Position numbers and translations under genes: made by a program
Notes under the pieces: model-generated
What the model was told of the DNA's origin: nothing
What the model saw: only the letters and a program-made list of their open reading frames with translations
Databases searched by the model: none
Assembly (NCBI GenBank): GCA_002269645.1
Contig: NIVC01003325.1
Location: forward strand, 1 to 64,000
DNA length: 64,000 bases
DNA from: Macrostomum lignano
Lineage: Eukaryota
Direction of reading: 5' to 3'
Shown here: positions 58,985 through 64,000 of the stretch, one piece after another
How the letters are laid out: each line of letters opens with the position of its first letter
Position numbering within the stretch: position 1 is the stretch's first letter

Positions 58985-60405
58985 ATCCCGATCCCAGATC
59001 CCGATCCCAGATCCCGATCCCAGATCCCGATCCCAGATCCCGATCCCAGATCCCGATCCCAGATCCCGATCCCAGATCCCGATCCCAGATCCCGATCCCA
59101 GATCCCGATCCCAGATCCCGATCCCAGATCCCGATCCCAGATCCCGATCCCAGATCCCGATCCCAGATCCCGATCCCAGATCCCGATCCCAGATCCCGAT
59201 CCCAGATCCCGATCCCAGATCCCGATCCCAGATCCCGATCCCAGATCCCGATTCCAGATCCCGATCCCAGATCCCGATCCCAGATCCCGATCCCAGATCC
59301 CGATCCCAGATCCCGATCCCAGATCCCGATCCCAGATCCCGATCCCAGATCCCGATCCCAGATCCCGATCCCAGATCCCGATCCCAGATCCCGATCCCAG
59401 ATCCCGATCCCAGATCCCGATCCCAGATCCCGATCCCAGATCCCGATCCCAGATCCCGATCCCAGATCCCGATCCAGATCCCGATCCCAGATCCCGATCC
59501 CAGATCCCGATCCCAGATCCCGATCCCAGATCCCGATCCCAGATCCCGATCCCAGATCCCGATCCCAGATCCCGATCCCAGATCCCGATCCCAGATCCCG
59601 ATCCCAGATCCCGATCCCAGATCCCGATCCCAGATCCCGATCCCAGATCCCGATCCCAGATCCCGATCCCAGATCCCGATCCCAGATCCCGATCCCAGAT
59701 CCCGATCCCAGATCCCGATCCCAGATCCCGATCCCAGATCCCGATCCCAGATCCCGATCCCAGATCCCGATCCCAGATCCCGATCCCAGATCCCGATCCC
59801 AGATCCCGATCCCAGATCCCGATCCCAGATCCCGATCCCAGATCCCGATCCCAGATCCCGATCCCAGATCCCGATCCCAGATCCCGATCCCAGATCCCGA
59901 TCCCAGATCCCGATCCCAGATCCCGATCCCAGATCCCGATCCCAGATCCCGATCCCAGATCCCGATCCCAGATCCCGATCCCAGATCCCGATCCCAGATC
60001 CCGATCCCAGATCCCGATCCCAGATCCCGATCCCAGATCCCGATCCCAGATCCCGATCCCAGATCCCGATCCCAGATCCCGATCCCAGATCCCGATCCCA
60101 GATCCCGATCCCAGATCCCGATCCCAGATCCCGATCCCAGATCCCGATCCCAGATCCCGATCCCAGATCCCGATCCCAGATCCCGATCCCAGATCCCGAT
60201 CCCAGATCCCGATCCCAGATCCCGATCCCAGATCCCGATCCCAGATCCCGATCCCAGATCCCGATCCCAGATCCCGATCCCAGATCCCGATCCCAGATCC
60301 CGATCCCAGATCCCGATCCCAGATCCCGATCCCAGATCCCGATCCCAGATCCCGATCCCAGATCCCGATCCCAGATCCCGATCCCAGATCCCGATCCCAT
60401 CCCGA
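58985..60405. repeat. Highly homogeneous 13-bp array GATCCCAGATCCC
   Basis: Direct inspection; only two variant units seen (~59250 and ~59470). Confidence 0.97.
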
Positions 60406-60774
60406 TTACAGTATGAAAGAATCAGTTGATTTGTTACATATCTCACTTATTTAACTTGATGGAATAACATCTATTGCAGTGATGGAATGTATTTTTGATT
60501 CGGAAATTTTGGAAATCGCACACTCACTGTTCTCCATTAACGTTTATTAAAAAACAGCATACATATAATGCACATTTTACGTTCGTTTGTGCATGATACT
60601 AGTAACAGTAGGTTAATGAAGCTATGCTTGTAAAAACACTTATATGACAAGATTTCCACTCATTTAATTATTTAAAGACCCTTTCGGTGTCGAGGCAAAA
60701 GTAAAAAAAATACATGTATTCAATTCAGGTGTGTCAGAGTTCATGATTGAGATGTGTCTCAGTATTGATGTCAT

Positions 60775-61200
60775 AGTACATGATTGATGTCACAGTACAT
60801 GATTGATGTCGAAGTACATGATTGATGTCACAGTACATGATTGATGTCACAGTACATGATTGATGTCACAGTACATGATTGATGTCACAGTACATGATTG
60901 ATGTCATAATACATGATTGATGTCATAATACATGATTGATGTCAAAGTACATGATTGATGTCACAGTACATGATTGATGTCAAAGTACATGATTGATGTC
61001 ACAGTACATGATTGATGTCATATTACATGATTGATGTCATAATACATGATTGATGTCATAGTACATGATTGATGTCACAGTACATGATTGATGTCAAAGT
61101 ACATGATTGATGTCATAGTACATGATTGATGTCACAGTACATGATTGATGTCAAAGTACATGATTGATGTCATAGTACATGATTGATGTCACAGTCCATA
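60775..61200. repeat. 19-bp minisatellite GTACATGATTGATGTCACA
   Basis: Direct inspection. Confidence 0.95.
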
Positions 61201-61232
61201 ATTGATGTCTCATCACATGAATAATGTCCCAC

Positions 61233-61682
61233 TTAGTTCACGGAGTTTCGTGAATGGCAGGCCTCCAGCTGCAGGGACATTCTGCCTCGGTGCCTCCCTC
61301 CGCTGCTGCCGCCCTTGCCAACTGCGATGGTGACGAGGTCGCAGCATCCGAGCTCAGCCTCCACGATGCTGCACGCGCTGTCCTTGTACTTCTCGAAGGA
61401 CAGGAAGCCCGTGATGACCATGCCCTCGAGGATCTTGATCTCCCGGCCGGCTTCCTTGGACAGCTCGGCTGGCAGCTGGTAGAAAGTCCAGCTGCCGCTG
61501 CCGCCTCTTGATGTTGATTTTCGATGCAGCTGCTGGGATCGACTGGGAGCCCCTGCTGCTGGCTGAGCCAACAGCCGCTCCTGGGGCGGCCACGGCTGCG
61601 ACTGCTCGAGCGGATTTTCCTCTGCTGACTGGCTTGGGCTCTGTTCGTGACGTCCGAGCATCAGGCACTGGCTCAGGCCCAT
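61233..61682 (-). CDS. Hypothetical 149-aa protein starting MGLSQC
   Basis: Open frame with strong GC3 bias like the other exons. ATG directly follows an acceptor (ctaccag|ATG) at the end of a (TATC)n intron. A probable non-coding upstream exon lies at ~62240-62150. Confidence 0.55.
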   Translation of the reverse strand: MGLSQCLMLGRHEQSPSQSAEENPLEQSQPWPPQERLLAQPAAGAPSRSQQLHRKSTSRGGSGSWTFYQLPAELSKEAGREIKILEGMVITGFLSFEKYKDSACSIVEAELGCCDLVTIAVGKGGSSGGRHRGRMSLQLEACHSRNSVN

Positions 61683-61687
61683 CTGGT

Positions 61688-62064
<377 letters not shown>

Positions 62065-62254
62065 TTGTGTTCCCTCAGCCCCCAAAGCTAGTCTTTTTCT
62101 GTCTTGTTTCTTTTGCTGCATCGATCTTCCTTCGCGGATCGTCTTTACCGGCTACATTGAGTAGAGATATTTTGATATTTCCGTCAAGGACTTTGTCGTC
62201 CTTGATTTCCGATTTGCGCTGTTGTGCAGCCCATCCGCCTTCTTATAACTGCCA

Positions 62255-62590
62255 ATCTAATTAACTTCTAGTCTAACTGCCAATCTAATTAACTACCAGT
62301 TGAACTGCCAATCTAATTAACTACCAGTCTAACTGCCAATCTAATTAACTACCAGTTGAACTGCCAATCTAATTAACTACCAGTCTAACTGCCAATCTAA
62401 TTAACTACCAGTTGAACTGCCAATCTAATTAACTACCAGTTGAACTGCCGATCTAATTAACTACCATTCTCTGCAAGTCTAATTAACTGCCAATCCAATT
62501 GATAATCTAATCAACTACCAAACTAACTGCCAATCTAACTACCAACCTACTCTATAACTATCAATCTAGCTACCAATCTAACTTCTAATC
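62255..62590. repeat. 25-bp minisatellite ACTGCCAATCTAATTAACTACCAGT
   Basis: Direct inspection. Confidence 0.9.
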
Positions 62591-63197
62591 AGCATATAAT
62601 TACCGATCCCACTGCCTTAAGTATAGCAACCAAAAGTCACAGAATACAAAGCAAATAACTGAGTACAAAACTTACAATTTTAGTCAGGAATTTCTTGGTC
62701 AGCCAGTTGAGTTTCAATTTCAATAAGGAGAGAATTTTGGAATAAAATCCGTTGACAATTTGTTTTATCGAATCCAAGCCGCGCAACCATTGGCTGAAGG
62801 CTCGGGATCAGCATTTAATCCTCGGATTAGTGGCAAAATTTCCTCAGAATTCTGTCTGGCCAAATGCAGGGAACGCCTACTAGGAATCGATTTATGAATT
62901 TCCAAAAATCGCTCAAAATCATTTCCGTTGCCGGAGATGGCGCTGAAGGCTGAAGTTTAGGATTTCGCTGTTTCGGAATCATTTTTATCCCGCACAAGCC
63001 GCCCAGTTCAAACTTCAATGTTGGTTTAAAGTCACCCTCTATTCCGGACTGTCAGGTCTTTTTAAGGCTTATGCATTAATTGTAAAAAATGAACCACCGT
63101 TGCGTATTGAGCGCGTTAATTGTGGTCTATCTGGAAAATTAAGGACAGTTATTGTTTTCGCTGCCATTTTTGAGTTCGTCTTTCTACGATCTATACG

Positions 63198-64000
<803 letters not shown>

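Overview
Eukaryotic (metazoan) genomic DNA with GC3-rich exons and introns filled by different mini- and microsatellites. This style resembles free-living flatworm genomes such as Macrostomum, which is an inference only. Most long ORFs in the supplied track are artefacts of tandem repeats. Gene models were built by hand from GT-AG sites and intron phase. (1) A + strand PH-like adaptor with three degenerate SH2-like domains (692-8394, 5' end outside the window). (2) A - strand 8-exon, 587-aa uncharacterised protein with four internal repeats and a CaaX end (16153-10089). (3) A - strand ARHGEF39-like DH-PH RhoGEF ending in CSLL (27192-17075), whose best candidate first exon begins only 10 nt after the stop of the next gene. 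(4) A - strand RAB3IP/Sec2-type Rab GEF (33704-30710). (5) A full-length young Ty3/Gypsy Mag-type LTR retrotransposon (35566-40073, 281-bp LTRs, GAGAC target-site duplication). (6) A + strand PP2A B56 subunit (45374-50534). (7) A - strand secreted F-type lectin + PAN protein (58767-55107). (8) A small - strand ORF (61682-61233). Also present are two tRNA-derived SINE families, a MITE-like inverted-repeat element, a 942-bp partial exon duplication with a templated junction and about 40 tandem arrays, two pairs of which are inverted copies of each other. The most interesting signals are the apparent bicistronic or operon coupling of the Rab GEF and Rho GEF genes, and the inverted minisatellite pairs bracketing exons.
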